Part shown: piece by piece, positions 43,735 to 58,435 of the stretch
How the letters are laid out: the number at the start of each line of letters is the position of its first letter
Position numbering within the stretch: the stretch's first letter is position 1
Assembly: GCA_964016885.1 (NCBI GenBank)
Contig: OZ024741.1
Coordinates: forward strand, 315,580,001 to 315,644,000
Length of the DNA stretch: 64,000 nt
Origin: Eledone cirrhosa
Taxonomy: Eukaryota
Direction: 5' to 3'
Made by a program: the position numbers and the translations under genes
Notes under the pieces: generated by a model
What the model was told of the DNA's origin: nothing
Database searches by the model: none
What the model saw: the letters and a program-made list of their open reading frames with translations, nothing else

Positions 43735-43860
43735 TACCCAGCTGAGCAGACTGGTGTAGTGTGAAATAAAGTAAATAGGCTCAAGGACAGAAGACTCCGA
43801 TAATCGAACTCCCGTACTCACGATCGTGTGCCTAGCATACAGACCACTGAACCACATGCT
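43735..43860 (-). mobile_element. Second, older SINE family head (also 51010-51140)
   Basis: Shared CAGCTGA..AGACTGG...GAAAT.AAGT...GCTCAAG...ATCGAAC pattern, a reversed tRNA-like head. Confidence 0.55.
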
Positions 43861-44108
43861 TTCAGTAGAATCCAAGGAAACTAATGATGTTATGTGTCAG
43901 CAGAATAGTAATAGAAACGATTAAAAGAATGGAATAAGATTTACGCCGCGAGGAAGAAAGGCAGTGGAAAGTTTCCGACAGATAACTTTAGTCAGGAAGA
44001 GAAGAAATGTCAACTGGTCATATATATCATATTTATAGAAACACACACACGCACACACACAAACATATATACATACACAAAAAAATACATACATATGTGT
44101 ATGTATAA

Positions 44109-44153
<45 letters not shown>

Positions 44154-44239
44154 TGTATGTCATTCATCATTAAACGTCCGTTTCTCTCCCTTCATACATA
44201 TATATATATATGTATTTATATATATGTATATATATATAT

Positions 44240-44665
44240 AAACGGAAAAAAATGAAACGAATTTCATTTCTCACTCTTAGTACGGCTGTTACTTAAATAT
44301 AAGTATGTATATATGCATATACATACATGCACATATATATATATGTACGTATGGATTTACCGAACATTTATTATAATGCTCGGTGTGTTTGTAAACAAAC
44401 ATCCCGAATTAAGCCGTACAACCTATAGCAACCATCGTTGCCCTTTTGTTCAACACTGACAAAGGAACGATGTACTAGTTTCAAGCTTATTAGCTATCGT
44501 CAGCACCGTATACCTTCCTACCAGATGATTGAACGTCTGAAAGTATATACTTTGCTTATGCATATTAACGGCTGAGCAGCCTAATTTGCCTATCGAGTGA
44601 GTTAATCGGCCGGGCGCACCGAAAACGATAAACGGAAAAAATGAAATGAATTTCATTTCTCACTT
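44240..44665 (-). repeat. Non-coding 390-bp HHR-containing unit with ~35-bp terminal direct repeat
   Basis: AACGGAAAAAAATGAAA.GAATTTCATTTCTCACT at 44241 and 44631. End fragments also at ~10435-10498 and 12778-12830. Confidence 0.75.
44467..44509 (-). ncRNA. Minimal type I hammerhead ribozyme with intact core
   Basis: ACGGTG-CTGACGA-T AGCT AATA AGCT T-GAAA-CTAG-TA-CATCGT. Palindromic ACTAGT. Confidence 0.85.
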
Positions 44666-46730
44666 CATTTCTCAATCAGGTGCCATGACCACTTTGATGA
44701 GCTCCTCAACAGACCATCAGAAATCGATGATGAGTTCAGTCGGTCGATTCCATCCAGACCTACAAAGCTGGCAATGGCTGATCCTCCTACGTTTGATGAG
44801 GTGGCGAAGGCCATTGCCAAATTAAACAGCGGCAGGCCACCAGGAATGGGTGGACTGAGTACCGAGATCTTCAAATGTGCTGGTAATAACTTCTTAAACC
44901 CGATCTCTTTGTGAATGTTTGGTATGAAGATGTACTGCATGACTGGAAAGATACATTGATGGAGGTACTACTTTACAAAGGAAAGGGAGCGAAAGATGAC
45001 TGTGGCAACTACAGAGGTATTTCACTGCTATCTGTCGCTGGTGAGATCTTGCGTAGGATATTGTTGGACAGATTGATACAGCACATTGCTGTTGACTTCC
45101 TGTGTCCCAATGTGGCTTTAGGAATGGCAGAGGCATTGTTGACATGCTCTTCTCAGCCAAACAACTTCAAAAGAAATGCATTGAGCAGCGCATGGACTTA
45201 TACCTTGTTGTCGATCTGACCAAGGCATTTGACACCATTAATCGGAGGGTTTTGTGGGTTATTTTGGAGAGATTGGGCTGTCCTAAAATGTTTGTGAACA
45301 TACTGAGACTCTTCGACGATGACATGCAGGCATGGATAAATATTGGAGGTAAACTGTCTGAGCCAATCTCGGTTGAAAATGGTGTCAAGCAAGGTGATAT
45401 ACCTGCACCGACTTTGTTTGCCTTGTATTTCGCAATGGTGTTCTTCATGGCCTTCAAGGATTGTCAACACGTTATCTATCTCAAATATCGCACTTCTGGT
45501 AAGCTGTTTAACCTCAGGCATCTCACGGCCAACACTAAGGTACTGAGTACTTTGATCAAAGAATTTCTATATGCAGATGATTGTGATCTCTTTGCACACT
45601 CCTAGAGTGACATACAACACCTTATGAATTCTTTTTCCAATTCGTGCAGTGCTTTGGGACTGACAATCAGTCTGAAGAATACTGTCGTCATGTACCAACC
45701 TGCTCCGGATAAAGTTTTGAACGAACCCTCCATATACGTATACGGCCAAAAGTTGAAGGCTACTGACACATTTGTGTATTTGAGGAGTACTCTGAGTGTG
45801 ACCTGCTCTCTGGATGCAGAAGTTGGTCTACGTGTTAGTTAAGCAAGTGAGTCATTTGGAAGGCTCAGCGACCGTTTTTGGTGCAGACGAGGAACCACAA
45901 TGAGGACCAAGGTGAGAGTGTATGCCGCATGTGTACTGTCAGCTTTGCTGTATGCGTGTGAGACATGAGTTGCCTACAAATGGCATATCTATAGACTGGA
46001 ACGGTTTCCCCAACAGTATCTCAGAAAGATGCTCGATTTCAAGTGGCATATGCATGTGAGTGATGTTGAGGTCCTTAAGAGAAGTGAGCGTCGGAGCATT
46101 GAGAGTATCATCCACCAACGGCGTTTGCGATGGACCGGACCCCTCTGCAGAATGGAGGATGAACGAATCCCAAAACAAATCTTGTATGGCGAGCGTTGTG
46201 GGGGTAAGAAACCACCTCACAGGCCAAAACTCCTATTCAAGGATTGTGTAAAGGACTCTTTGAAAAAAACTGGTTTGATGATGGCTGACTGGGAGATGGA
46301 AGCTCTTGAAAGAGAAACTTGGCGTAGAATTGTGAATCGTGAGATCCATAATTTTGAGGACAGACGCATATAGTATGAACAGATCAAATGGCATGTGCGT
46401 AAGCAATGCTCTGGTGTGTCTCTCGAAACGATCAGTGTCTCCATTGAATTGGTGTAACCTGAGTGTGGAAAGATTTGCTTGAACAAATCTGGTCTCAGGA
46501 GCCACAATCGCAGCCATCTTCAGAGAGAACCAGTAAACTATGATCTCCACTGTATTGTGAAGGTTTACAGTCAACCTGATGCAAGGCTTGAGGCCAAGGA
46601 GATCCATGGTTATCGTCAATGTGCGAAGAAGTGTAAGTCTCTAGCAGACTTGAAAAGCCATATCTGAGCGTCACACATCTGAATCTGACAAGCGATTGCG
46701 ATACTCTTAGCGTGAGTTTGCAGCCATCAA
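44666..46730 (+). mobile_element. RTE-clade LINE, 5'-truncated and decayed (RT plus C-terminal C2H2 fingers)
   Basis: CGNYRGISLLSVAG, SQCGFR, DLTKAFDTINR, GVKQGDIPAPTLF, FLYADD, RRLRWTG...RIPKQILYGE. (TATG)n tail. Confidence 0.93.
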
Positions 46731-46889
46731 ATATGTATGTACCTACGTAAATACTACGTACGTACGTACGTACGTATGTATGTATGTATGTATGTATGTA
46801 TGTATGTATGTATGTATGTATGTATGTATGTATGTATGTATGTATGTATGGATGGATGGATGGATGGATGGATGGATGGATGATATCCA

Positions 46890-47560
46890 TGTCCTTATCA
46901 AAGCAAAATGTCCATGCATTGAGTCCAAGCACCATCTTCTCAAATGCGCTGGACAGGGCATATCGTCCGCATGAAAGAAAGCAGAATCCCGAAGCAACTG
47001 ATTTACGGTGAGCTCCATATTGGAAAAAGACCTCAACACCAACCGAAAATGAGGTTGAGGGACAGCATCAGGAACATCCTCAAAGAGTTGGCATTTGATA
47101 TAGACAACTGGGAGGAGATAGCTCTAAATAGGGCTGAGTGGAGAAAGCACATAAAGTACAGTTACAAAACGTTTGAGGAATGTCGTCAAGAACATAAATA
47201 ACTGAAGCGTCAGCTCCGGAAGCGCTGTGCTCACAGTCTTGATGAAGTCATTAGTAGTTGGACATGCAATTTCTGTCAGCATTTACTCCTCTCAAAGGTT
47301 GGTTATGTTAATCACCTGAAGTCACATGAAAGGATAACAACCCGCAATACCACTCAACAAAGATCTGGCGAAACAACGTGCGTGATATGCAACAAAGTGT
47401 AGAACTAGTTCCGGACTAAAAAACACATGGTGATACATAAAGATTGTGTCCCACAAGGTGACCCCCACCGGTCCTGTGGAAAGCACAACTCTCTTCTGTC
47501 ACCTGTGTCGTAAACCATGCAGATCTACTGCTGGCCTACAAAGTCATCTACGAAGTCATG
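46890..47560 (+). mobile_element. Second RTE LINE 3' fragment with C2H2 fingers
   Basis: MRWTGHIVRMKESRIPKQLIYGEL and CHLCRKPCRSTAGLQSHLRSH. (TATG)n tail. Confidence 0.88.
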
Positions 47561-48262
47561 TATGTATGTACCTACGTACGTACGTATGTATGTATGTATG
47601 TATGTATGTATGTATGTATGTATGTATGTATGTATGTATGTATGCATCTATGTATGTCTGTCTGGGTGCATGTATTTAGATATGCATGAATATGTGGGTA
47701 TACATATATGTATATTGTTGTATACAGGTACAGCAATACCTATATATGTGTGTGTACGTCTATATGTATTTATCTATGCGTGTATATGTACATATGCATA
47801 TGTATGTGCCTGTGTACAGATATATGTGTGTGTATGTATGATTGTGTGAATACTTAAGCGTATGTATGCATATGTTTGTATTAATGTTTTTATATGTACA
47901 TGTATGTACGTATATAGGTATATATGTATGCATGTTAGTACACAGATGCACACACACATAGACACACATATATAACGTATAATATAAAGTTTACAAAACA
48001 AATCTCCAGAAAGTGTTAAGCGAAACGTAATCTAATATAAAGATTTAGTTTTCAAACGTCAACAATAGACGAACGATGTCTGAGCCTTCGGCTCCTTGCT
48101 TGTGTAAACTAGAATGATGTTTCTCAACAGACGAACTATACTCATTTCTATGATTATAATTATATTGCAAACCCGAAATTAAATCTAAGTTAAAGATCGT
48201 CCCCTGAATGAACGTGTCAACATACGCACACATACATACATACGCAGGCACGTATGTAAGTA

Positions 48263-48334
<72 letters not shown>

Positions 48335-48367
48335 GGTGTTTAGGTGCGTATAAACTCAGACGCACAC

Positions 48368-48482
<115 letters not shown>

Positions 48483-48671
48483 TGAGGTTCAGGGAAAGTA
48501 TCAAGAACATCCTGTGTGTATGTATGTGTATGTTAGCAGTAAGACTAAGTGTGATTTATATTAGATGAAGGTATATTTGATATGTTTATATAATATAAAC
48601 TTCTACTAAATTCGCTATCGTTGTTTTATGTTGTGATCATATCACGCCTACCTCAGTAGGCGTGTGAGATA

Positions 48672-48715
48672 TCCAGACATTAATGTTTCAGGGTTTTTTA
48701 TCCGTCGTCAGTCAA
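48672..48715 (-). ncRNA. Degenerate hammerhead motif
   Basis: CTGACGA-CGG...CCT-GAAA-CATTAATG-TC. Palindromic stem III, weak stems I and II. Confidence 0.5.
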
Positions 48716-49034
48716 GCTTACTCGATATTGATAGAAAACAATGCTATTGTTTAAATATATTTTGCGCCAATGATATTTGCTGCAGACTCACATTAGCTGT
48801 TATTGTGTCCCAGCTACTTAGGTAGCCGTGTGAGAACGCCAGAAATTAATGTTCTAGGATCTATTTTATCCATCACCAGTGATGCTTACTCACTCGGTAC
48901 GGAAACAAGAATAAGCTGTAGCTTATACACATTTTGCGTATATATATCTATATATGTATATGTATATAAATATATATATATGTATATGTATATATTTATA
49001 TACCTATATGTATATATAAGCTCATGTGTATATA

Positions 49035-49091
<57 letters not shown>

Positions 49092-49131
49092 ATGTATATA
49101 TATATAAGTATGTATATGTATATATGTATAT

Positions 49132-50960
49132 GGTACCCGCAATGTTGGGGAGAGACGCCAGAGAGATGGCCTCGTTGTTGGTAATGCGGTCCTCCCAACT
49201 GATGCGGAGGATTCTTCGAGACGTCGTTTGCTGGAGCCGCTCTAGATGGTTGATATCCCTACGATACGAGGTCCACGTTTCGCAGGGTGGAGAGGATCAC
49301 GGCTCAAAAAACCACAATTTTGGTTCTTATGGTGAGATCATGAGACACTTTGATCCTGTTGTCAAGGTCTTTCTCGCAGGTGATGCTGTTCGAAAAGATG
49401 CTGCCAAGGTAGGAGAAGGGCCGCAAGCAACCGAACCACAGATGTTCATATTTTGGATCAGCAGAAGGCCTTCGATAAAGACCCAAGATCAGAAATGTGG
49501 GTTACTCTTACCCGCTTTGGTTGCCCGGACCTCTTCGTATGCTCCATGCCGGAATGGAAGGTTGGGTGAACTATCAGGGCACCCTCTCGGTTCCTTTTTC
49601 AATTACCAGTGGCCTCAACCAGGGATCTGTGTTGGCTCCGAAACTTCTGTGTTGGCTCCGAAACTCTTCTCCCTATACCTCGCTGGAATGATTAACGAGA
49701 TCCCCCGTCCGCTGAATCCTTGAGGTGCTTTCCAACAGATAATCGAAAGCGCTCCGAATTTTGGGTATCCTGGAACATCACACAGGCAAAGCGTTGGTGA
49801 GGATTGCTTGCAGGAGGAAGCCTAGGTGGTAGGCGAACAGAGATCCTGAGGTGTGAGAGCAGAAGATGGTAGTCTGTCCAGCAATCATTTGCTCCAGACA
49901 TGGAACGGGTGATGCGGACATCCATTTTGTCCCCAGATCGAATGAGGACATGGTCCAAGGTGCCTTGATCTCGGGTGCTGCCATGTTGTTTGTGCCGGTT
50001 CGGGAGTCGGAACAGGGTATTAGTGACAGTCTCGTCATGTTCCGTGCAGAGGCCCAGAAGCAGACGTCCGTTGCGCTACAGTTGCTAATAATATGGCAAC
50101 CGTGAATACCCTTCGATGTACAGTGATCACAGCCAACTCTGGCGTTGAAATCGTCAAGAACCATGAGTTTGCCCGATGCTGGGGTGGTGTGGATTGTTTT
50201 GTCCAAAGGGTGGTAGAAGGATTTTTTATGGCGTCGCCAGTGACATGTGTAGGTGCAAAGACGGAGATGAGAGTCAGGGATATACCGTGTTTGAGTGGGG
50301 TCCGGACGGTCACCAACCGTTCGCTAATGGTAGTGGGGATGAGGTTGTACTATTCCACGAATTTGGTATTCACAGCAAAGCCGACCCCATGGATGCGTTG
50401 CTCGCTGGCCTCCTTCCCTTTCCAAAAGATCATATAGGTGGATCCAATTTCTTTCACGTTTCCTTCTTTGGCGAGCCTGTTCTAACTCATAGCAGCCACA
50501 TCGAAGTTCAAATGGGCCATCTCACGCTTCACAAGTGCTGTCCTTCTCTCTGAGCGTTCCGTTTCCCTGATGTACATCAACGTACGCACGTTCCATGCAC
50601 CAATAGTTAAAAGGTTAAAATTAATAGCTGTTTTACCAGTGTTACTTGAGTGTCTTGAGTTTTGACTGCATAAATGGCTCATCTGCTGACCGCGGTTAGC
50701 CAGCCAGATGGATTAGTGATGACCGATGGTTACCCGATCTTTTCTAAGGGCTTCCCCACTTGGGGTGGGCTACCGAGATCTTTAATAAGCCAGCCCTGTC
50801 ACGAGTCCTGCTGCCAAATCCTCGCGTCATCACTGAGCACGAGGGAGACGACCATCATGAACTCGCCACCAACGTGAGGGCGCGGACGCAGGGCTTCCAG
50901 CTGACCAAGCCTGCCCCCAGCACCTGCCCGACCAACACTGCTGGTCTTGTTGAAAGTTGG
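49132..50960 (-). mobile_element. Rearranged RTE LINE: 5' UTR, AP endonuclease and RT fragments
   Basis: IGAWNVRTL...ERRTALV...[32 protein letters not shown]...LDNRI. A short RT piece ([10 protein letters not shown]) at ~49490-49710 is on the opposite strand. Confidence 0.85.
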
Positions 50961-52279
50961 ATGAAAGCGAAGTCAAAGATAGATTTTGATGATGCCATTC
51001 GCTTTTGCTGGTACTCATGTTCAGCTGAATATACTGGAGCAACGGGAAATGAAGTGTTTTGCTCAAGAATATATCACGCAACCCTGGGATCGAACCCACG
51101 ACATTATGAACATAAGTCCAATACCCTTACCATTATGTAACGTGCCTCTATATATATACGTATATAACACCTTTTACTGAGAAAGCAAGCGTAAATATCT
51201 TTTCTTAGCCTGAAACGTAAAATAGTAGAAAATTTGTAAATTTTAATGCACACGTATACACATACACATGGGATGGACCTTCATTAGTTTCGATGACGAG
51301 TGTTCCAATTATTCGAACAGCAGGCTCATTAAATTAACGTGTAAGTTTCTGAGCATTTCACCGACACGCGTACCTTTGATATATGTCGTAGGGAGAATCA
51401 GCGTGACATTGTGCATAACATGGGTGGCCATTCGAAATACATCCATCGGGTTTCCAAACTGTTTCTGTCTACCCAGTTTCAATTCTTAATCATGCAGCCA
51501 TCGTGCGTCCACACACACATTGCAGATAAACAATGATATTTACTACAGTCACAATACCTTGGTCGATCATATCAAATCCTTGACTGGGACTTGTATTATT
51601 GACCAGAGAAAGATAAACGGTAAAGTTGATCTCGTCGGAGAATTAACACAACGTGTCAAGAGACGTAACTAAAGTCCACAAACCAAACACCACGCGGTAT
51701 TTTACTTACATATGGACAGAAGTACTTTTTTCATATACTTCTTTTGAAGTTAAAATGAAATTCACTTATCCGTTTATCCACTTATTCGGCTGAAATTATA
51801 AACTCTGTGTTTAGTAGTGATATGGGCCGGAAATTGCCCCTCTTGTCGCATTTCTGTATCAGTGTTAGTACACCCCAACTCACAGAACTGGTAATACTCC
51901 AGTATTGCTTCCCGTTGTAGTAGACAGCTTCGAGGAGATCGGAAGACAAGTCTGGCATTTCTACGTAAAATTCTTAGGGTAGACCCTCCAAACCAGAGGA
52001 CTGATGCCTTGTGCAGCCGACCAGCGCATCCTGAATCGTGGCTGATGTTATAAGCCTTTCGCAGCACTCCGCACCAGCTAGCAAGTATCGCAGTAGTCCG
52101 TTGCGGTAGCAACTGAAGTTCACTATAGCTTACAACCTCCACTTTCCCCGAACTGTCGAAAAGTGCTCTAAAAAATTGGGAAATTTATAAGGAGGAACGT
52201 AATCAAGATGCAAAATAAGGAGCAATCAATAGAAGAAAATTCTAGCTGCTAATATTTGGGTATTTTGAAAATGCGTGAA

Positions 52280-52610
52280 GAAAGAAAACCGGAAAAGGAG
52301 AAAAATTACAGTCCATAAAATAGGAGATCGCACGCTTGTGAAAATTGAAATAGCTTAAGGTCATATCAGTCGTGACTGTAGTGATAGATGGCTTGGGAAA
52401 AGTAACCCATGAATTTGATTATTGGATAAAGGAAATAGAAATTGAGTGTCCTATATCTAGAAAGTTTGCCTTTCGGGAACAACGCGAATTATGAAGGAAG
52501 ATATGGACAGTTGAGGGAGACACATTTAATGAATCCTAAGACCTCTGGTTGCGGTCAGCCATCACAGTATCCGGATTTTCAACACCTTAACTGAGAAAAC
52601 AATCGTATGA
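52280..52610 (+). mobile_element. 3' fragment of an R4/Dong-like LINE
   Basis: EIARL*KLK*LKVI...VVIDGLGKVT resembles the RLE end at 5775-6145. Confidence 0.6.
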
Positions 52611-52612
52611 TA

Positions 52613-53004
52613 ATAATTGTTTCTATTTTTGGTGCAAGGCCAGCAATTATCCCAGTGTATTACTGGTACTTTATTCTATCGACCTCGTAAGGATGAAAGG
52701 CAAGGTTAACCTCGGCAGGATTTGAACTCAGACCATAAAGGGCCGTAACACTTTGCTGCAAAGCATGGCGTCCGACTCTCTACCGAAACTGCCAATGCAC
52801 CGCCCTTCGTATAATAATTGTTTCTACTTTTGGCACAAGGCCAGCAATGACCCAGTACATTACTGGTACTTTATTTTATCCACCCCGAAAAGATGAAAGG
52901 CAAAGTTAACCTCGGCGGGATTTGAACTCAGTCCGTAAAGGGACGTAAATATGCTGGAATGCATGGCGTCCAACCCTCTACCGATACTGCCAATCCACCG
53001 TCCT
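52613..53004 (-). mobile_element. Two tandem SINE copies
   Basis: Reverse-complement copies 52613-52806 and 52812-53004, bounded by TCGTA..ATAAT repeats. Confidence 0.9.
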
Positions 53005-53576
53005 TCGTAAAATAATAATAATGATCATCATGAGGATTTCTTCCTAATAATAATTACTATAGCAATAGGAATATGAAGTCCAAGAGGTAAATGACAATGG
53101 CGACAATGTTGAGCATGATGGTGATGATGAAATGGATAGATGAAGCCGAACACAGAAGTTTCAAGCTGCAGACAACACACTGCCTATTAACCAAATTGCG
53201 ACGCGTAATAACGTCACTGTTATCAGAGAAAACTGTGAGTGGTCTGATATCTTTCTAAATAATAAACATCACATAAAGCTATCACGTTGTTTGTGCGCGC
53301 ATATTTATTTGAGTGTATGTGTGTATATGTGTATGTATATGTGTGTCTGGCTGAGTGTGTGTATATGTTTGTTTTAATGATTTTCTTTAGTCCTTTTTTC
53401 TTCTTAGATATCAGATTGACTCTATCTCTAAACTAAGATGGCTGCCAAGTTATATGACTTCCGTTATCTAGTTGTATTTCTACTACTCCTACGTATGCAG
53501 CGTCTCCTTTCCTGTTGTCATCTACATGCTTCTATCGTTTACCGTCAACACTATGTACATATGCATGCATACATAT

Positions 53577-53640
<64 letters not shown>

Positions 53641-53642
53641 GA

Positions 53643-53833
<191 letters not shown>

Positions 53834-53881
53834 ATATATATATATTTATAAGAGAATCGAGGTGTAACACACAAGTTATTA

Positions 53882-54394
53882 TATATTGGTAAACGGAATA
53901 GAAAATGCTGACAAATTGTTCACAGTGAAAAATAGTTTAATTAGGAATAAGTGAGAATTAGTAATTGTATTGGTTAGTATTCAGTTTTGGTTTTAAGTTT
54001 TACCGGTTGCGCATTTCTAATGCTTTTCAAAAATAATTTTGAGATAGAGCGTCCATGATGTTTGCTCTGATCTGATTAGTTTTGGGAATTCTACCTGTTT
54101 TTATGTTAAAAAAGTGGCTCCGGCGGTATTAAAATAAGTTTTGCGCCGATTCGTGTTGCAAAAATTCTTGTGGTCAAAAGAATTTTGATTGGTCGGTAGA
54201 GGTCATGTGAATGTAAAAAATTGATTTTTCGCCAAATGTAGGTTTGTGTCGGCTGACTGAGAAATGACTCTTTCACAACAAATATGTGTGTGTGTGTCTG
54301 TAGTAGTAGTAGTAAAGTGTTCGTTGTTGTGATAATGGTCAGCAGGGATGTGTTGCGAACCGCAGCCTGTTGACAGTTCAAATGCCTATTAAGA

Positions 54395-54433
<39 letters not shown>

Positions 54434-54540
54434 CAGAGTAATTCGTGGTAGAGGGATGGTCAGTAGGAATGTGTCTGTAAGTGAGTGGGGGATATTTTAA
54501 CATGTTAAAAGATATTTTTCAGCTCTTGTCTTATACGGAG

Positions 54541-54578
<38 letters not shown>

Positions 54579-57500
54579 ATCTTTCTATGTTAATGTACGT
54601 GTGTGTATATGTGTGTGTATATATATGTGTGTGTGTATGTGAGAATGTGTGTGTGTGGGTGGACCAGTATTTTTCCTGGTAAAATGATGTACATTATTCG
54701 ATATTTTCAGTAAAATCGATTCTCTCAATAGAACATCAAAAACCTTAATAATAAAAGGTGTGAAATGATATATAGTATTGGCATAATACCAAGGTGTGTG
54801 TGAGTGTGTGTGTGTGTCCAGATTGTACGTACTGAAAGGGGGATCCCTTAGGCCCTGCCGTATTCGAATACCTGTGCACAAATATGTATCTGGAGTGTGT
54901 CCAGAAATTGTATACCTGTGCACAAATATGTATCTGGAGTGTGTCCAGATTGTAAGGCCTTGCCGTATTGGAATACCTGGGCACAAATATGTATTTGGAG
55001 TGTGTCCAGAAATTGTATACCTGTGCACAAATTGTACACTTGTGCACAAATGGTACACATGTATCTGGAGTGTGTCCAGATTGCACGTACTGCAAGGGAA
55101 TTCATTAGGCTTTGCCGTATTGGAATACCCGAGCACAAAAATGTATGTGCCCATCAGTGTGCAATGCATGTGTGCGTTTATGTATGTGTGTGTGTCGGCA
55201 CGTTTATATCTATAGACATCAAAAGGTATGCAAATTTGTGTATATTTGTGTTGCACCATAGAACATGTGTGTTTACGTATGTCATTGTGTTTATATGTGG
55301 GTAGAGATGTGTGATGATGTAGGTATGTATGTTGACGTGTGTATGTTGTGGGTTCGTCTTAGGGAGAAGTGTTTAGACGGGGTCCGTATTTGTTAATAAA
55401 GTAAGATTCCTTGCTGATGCGCTGGGTGTGGGTGGCATTATCTTTAAATTTGTAGAGGGGAAAGATTCTGAAGTTGGGATGATTTTGGGCGGCACAGGTA
55501 TCAATGTGTTCACTCAGTGGTATTTTCCTGTATTCCCGTATTTTAATTTGGGTTCTATGGACAGTCATGCGTTGGCAGAGGCTGTTTTCGGTCTGGCCTA
55601 TGTCTTGTTCTCGACAACCTGAGCAAGTTAATACATATATTAGATTTTCTGATGCACATGTGAAATTGTGTTTTACTATAAAACGTTGTACTTCTTTGAA
55701 ATAGAATTCCGAACCCTCTACGGTATCCCTAAAGTACATAAAAGCGAATTAATAAGTAAGGCATGCAAGGAAGCCACAGACATAGTCATCAATGTCCCCT
55801 CACCCAATGATCTCAAATTAAGACCTATAATAGCAGGCCCCGCTTGCGAAACGCACCGCCTTAGCAACTTCATTGATACCCTTCTCAAGCCTTTTCTCAA
55901 ACACATCAAAAGCTATATAAGGGACGACCTAGATATGCTCAATCACCTCCCTAATACGCCACTTTCTGAACAAACCCTACTAGTGACGTTCGATGTAGTC
56001 AACCTATACTCCAACATCCCACACAACCTAGGAATAGAAGCTATCCAATTCTGGCTGGATAATTACCACAATGAACTCCCACAACGCATCAAAAAAGAAT
56101 TCGTGATAGAGGGACTCAAATTTATCTTGGAGAACAATTACTTCATTTTCAATAACAAACCCTACAGGCAGAAATCTGGGACCGCTATGGGAACGAAAAC
56201 AGCCCCCACTTATGCCAACCTAGTCATGGGATACGTGGAAATCACCCTCTACACTAAAGTCCTAAATAAATTTGGAAAAACTCTCCACTTACACATAGAA
56301 AGGAACTGGAAGCGATATCTAGATGACTGCTTCATCCTTTGGCACGAAAACATCGAGAAACTTAAAGAATTTCACACCCTTATAAATGAGCTCAACACGA
56401 ATATTAACTTCACGATGGAATACAGCCATCAACAACTCCCCTTCCTCGACATCCTCATTAAGATCCATAACAAAAAATAGAAACAGACATATACTACAAG
56501 CCCACAGACTCCAAGCAATATCTTCCTTTCAACTCTTGCCACCCTAGACACGTTAAAATTAATATTCCCTACAACTTAGCCAAGAGAATCTGTACTATAG
56601 TCTCCAATAAAAACACCTGCTACTTACGGCTACAAGAACTAAAGGACACACTCATAGGCAGGGACTACTCTGCATCACTAATTGACAATGGAATCCAACG
56701 AGCCCTAAAACTCAGTACCCAGGACCTTAGACACCCTAAAGTAAATCAACCGAAACTAAAAGCTCTTCTATACATCTCCACACACAACCCCCTCAACAAT
56801 GAAGCCTTTGACACCACCCTCCAGAACATCCCTGTGTTGAAAAAGGACCATAGAATGAACCAAATCCTACGAACACACGATATCATAAAGAGCAAAAAGA
56901 CAATCTAAGTCAATGAAAAACATCCTAACACATGCCAAAGTACTGCCAACCACAACAACGAAACCCACAGTAAAAGAATGCGATAGACCCAACTGTGGCA
57001 TTTGCATCAACCTAATAGAGGGTTCGGAATTCTATTTCAAAGAAGGACAACGTTTTATAGTAAAACACAATTTCACATGTGCATCAGAAAATCTAATATA
57101 TGTATTAACTTGCTCAGGTTGTCAAGAACAATACATAGGCCAGACCCAAAACAGCCTCCGCCAACGCATGACTGTCCACATACGGGAATACAGGAAAATA
57201 CCACTGAGTGAACACATTGATACCTGTGCCGCCCAAAATCATCCCAACTTCAGAATCTTTCCCTTCTACAAATTTAAAGATAATGCCACCCACACCCAGC
57301 GCATCAGCAAGGAATCTTACTTTATTAACAAATACGGACCCCGTCTAAACACTTCTCCCTAAGACGAACCCACAACATACACACGTCAACATACATACCT
57401 ACATCATCACACATCTCTACCCACATATAAACACAATGACATACGTAAACGCACATGTTCTATGGTGCAACACAAATATACACAAATTTGCATACCTTTT

Positions 57501-58214
57501 GATGTCTATAGATATAAACGTGCCGACACACACACATACATAAACGCACACATGCATTGCACACTGATGGGCACATACATTTTTGTGCTCGGGTATTCCA
57601 ATACGGCAAAACCTAATGAATTCCCCTTGCAGTACGTGCAATCTGGACACACTCCAGATACATATTTGTACACATGTATACAATTTCTGGACACACTCCA
57701 GATACATGTGTACACTTTGTGCACAAGTGTACAATTTGTGCACAGGTATACAATTTCTGGACACACTCCAGATACATATTTGTGCCCAGGTATTCCAATA
57801 CGGCAAGGCCTTACAATCTGGACACACTCCAGATACATATTTGTGCACAGGTATACAATTTCTGGACACACTCCAGATACATGTGTACAATTTGTGCACA
57901 AGTATACAATTTGTGCACAGGTATTCCAATACGGCAGGGCCTAAGGGATCCCCCTTACAGTACGTACAATCTGGACACACACACACACTCACACACACCT
58001 TGGTATTATGCCAATACTATATATCATTTCACACCTTTTATTATTAAGGTTTTTGATGTTCTATTGAGAGAATCGATTTTACTGAAAATATCGAATAATG
58101 TACACCATTTTACCAGGAAAAAAATACTGGCCCACCCACACACACACATTCTCACACACACACACACATATATATATACACACACATACACACGCGTACA
58201 TTGACATACAAAGA

Positions 58215-58275
<61 letters not shown>

Positions 58276-58382
58276 CTCCGTATAAGACAAGAGCTGAAAA
58301 ATATCTTTTAACATGTTAAAATATCCCCCACTCACTTACAGACACATTCCTACTGACCATCCCTCTACCACGAATTACTCTG

Positions 58383-58435
<53 letters not shown>

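Noticed and set aside
48803-49723. 306-aa ORF as a host gene
   Set aside because: A chimera of microsatellite and off-frame or antisense RTE sequence.
54815-57975. CRISPR-like regularly spaced repeats
   Set aside because: No unique spacers and no cas genes. This is a minisatellite in a eukaryotic retroelement UTR.
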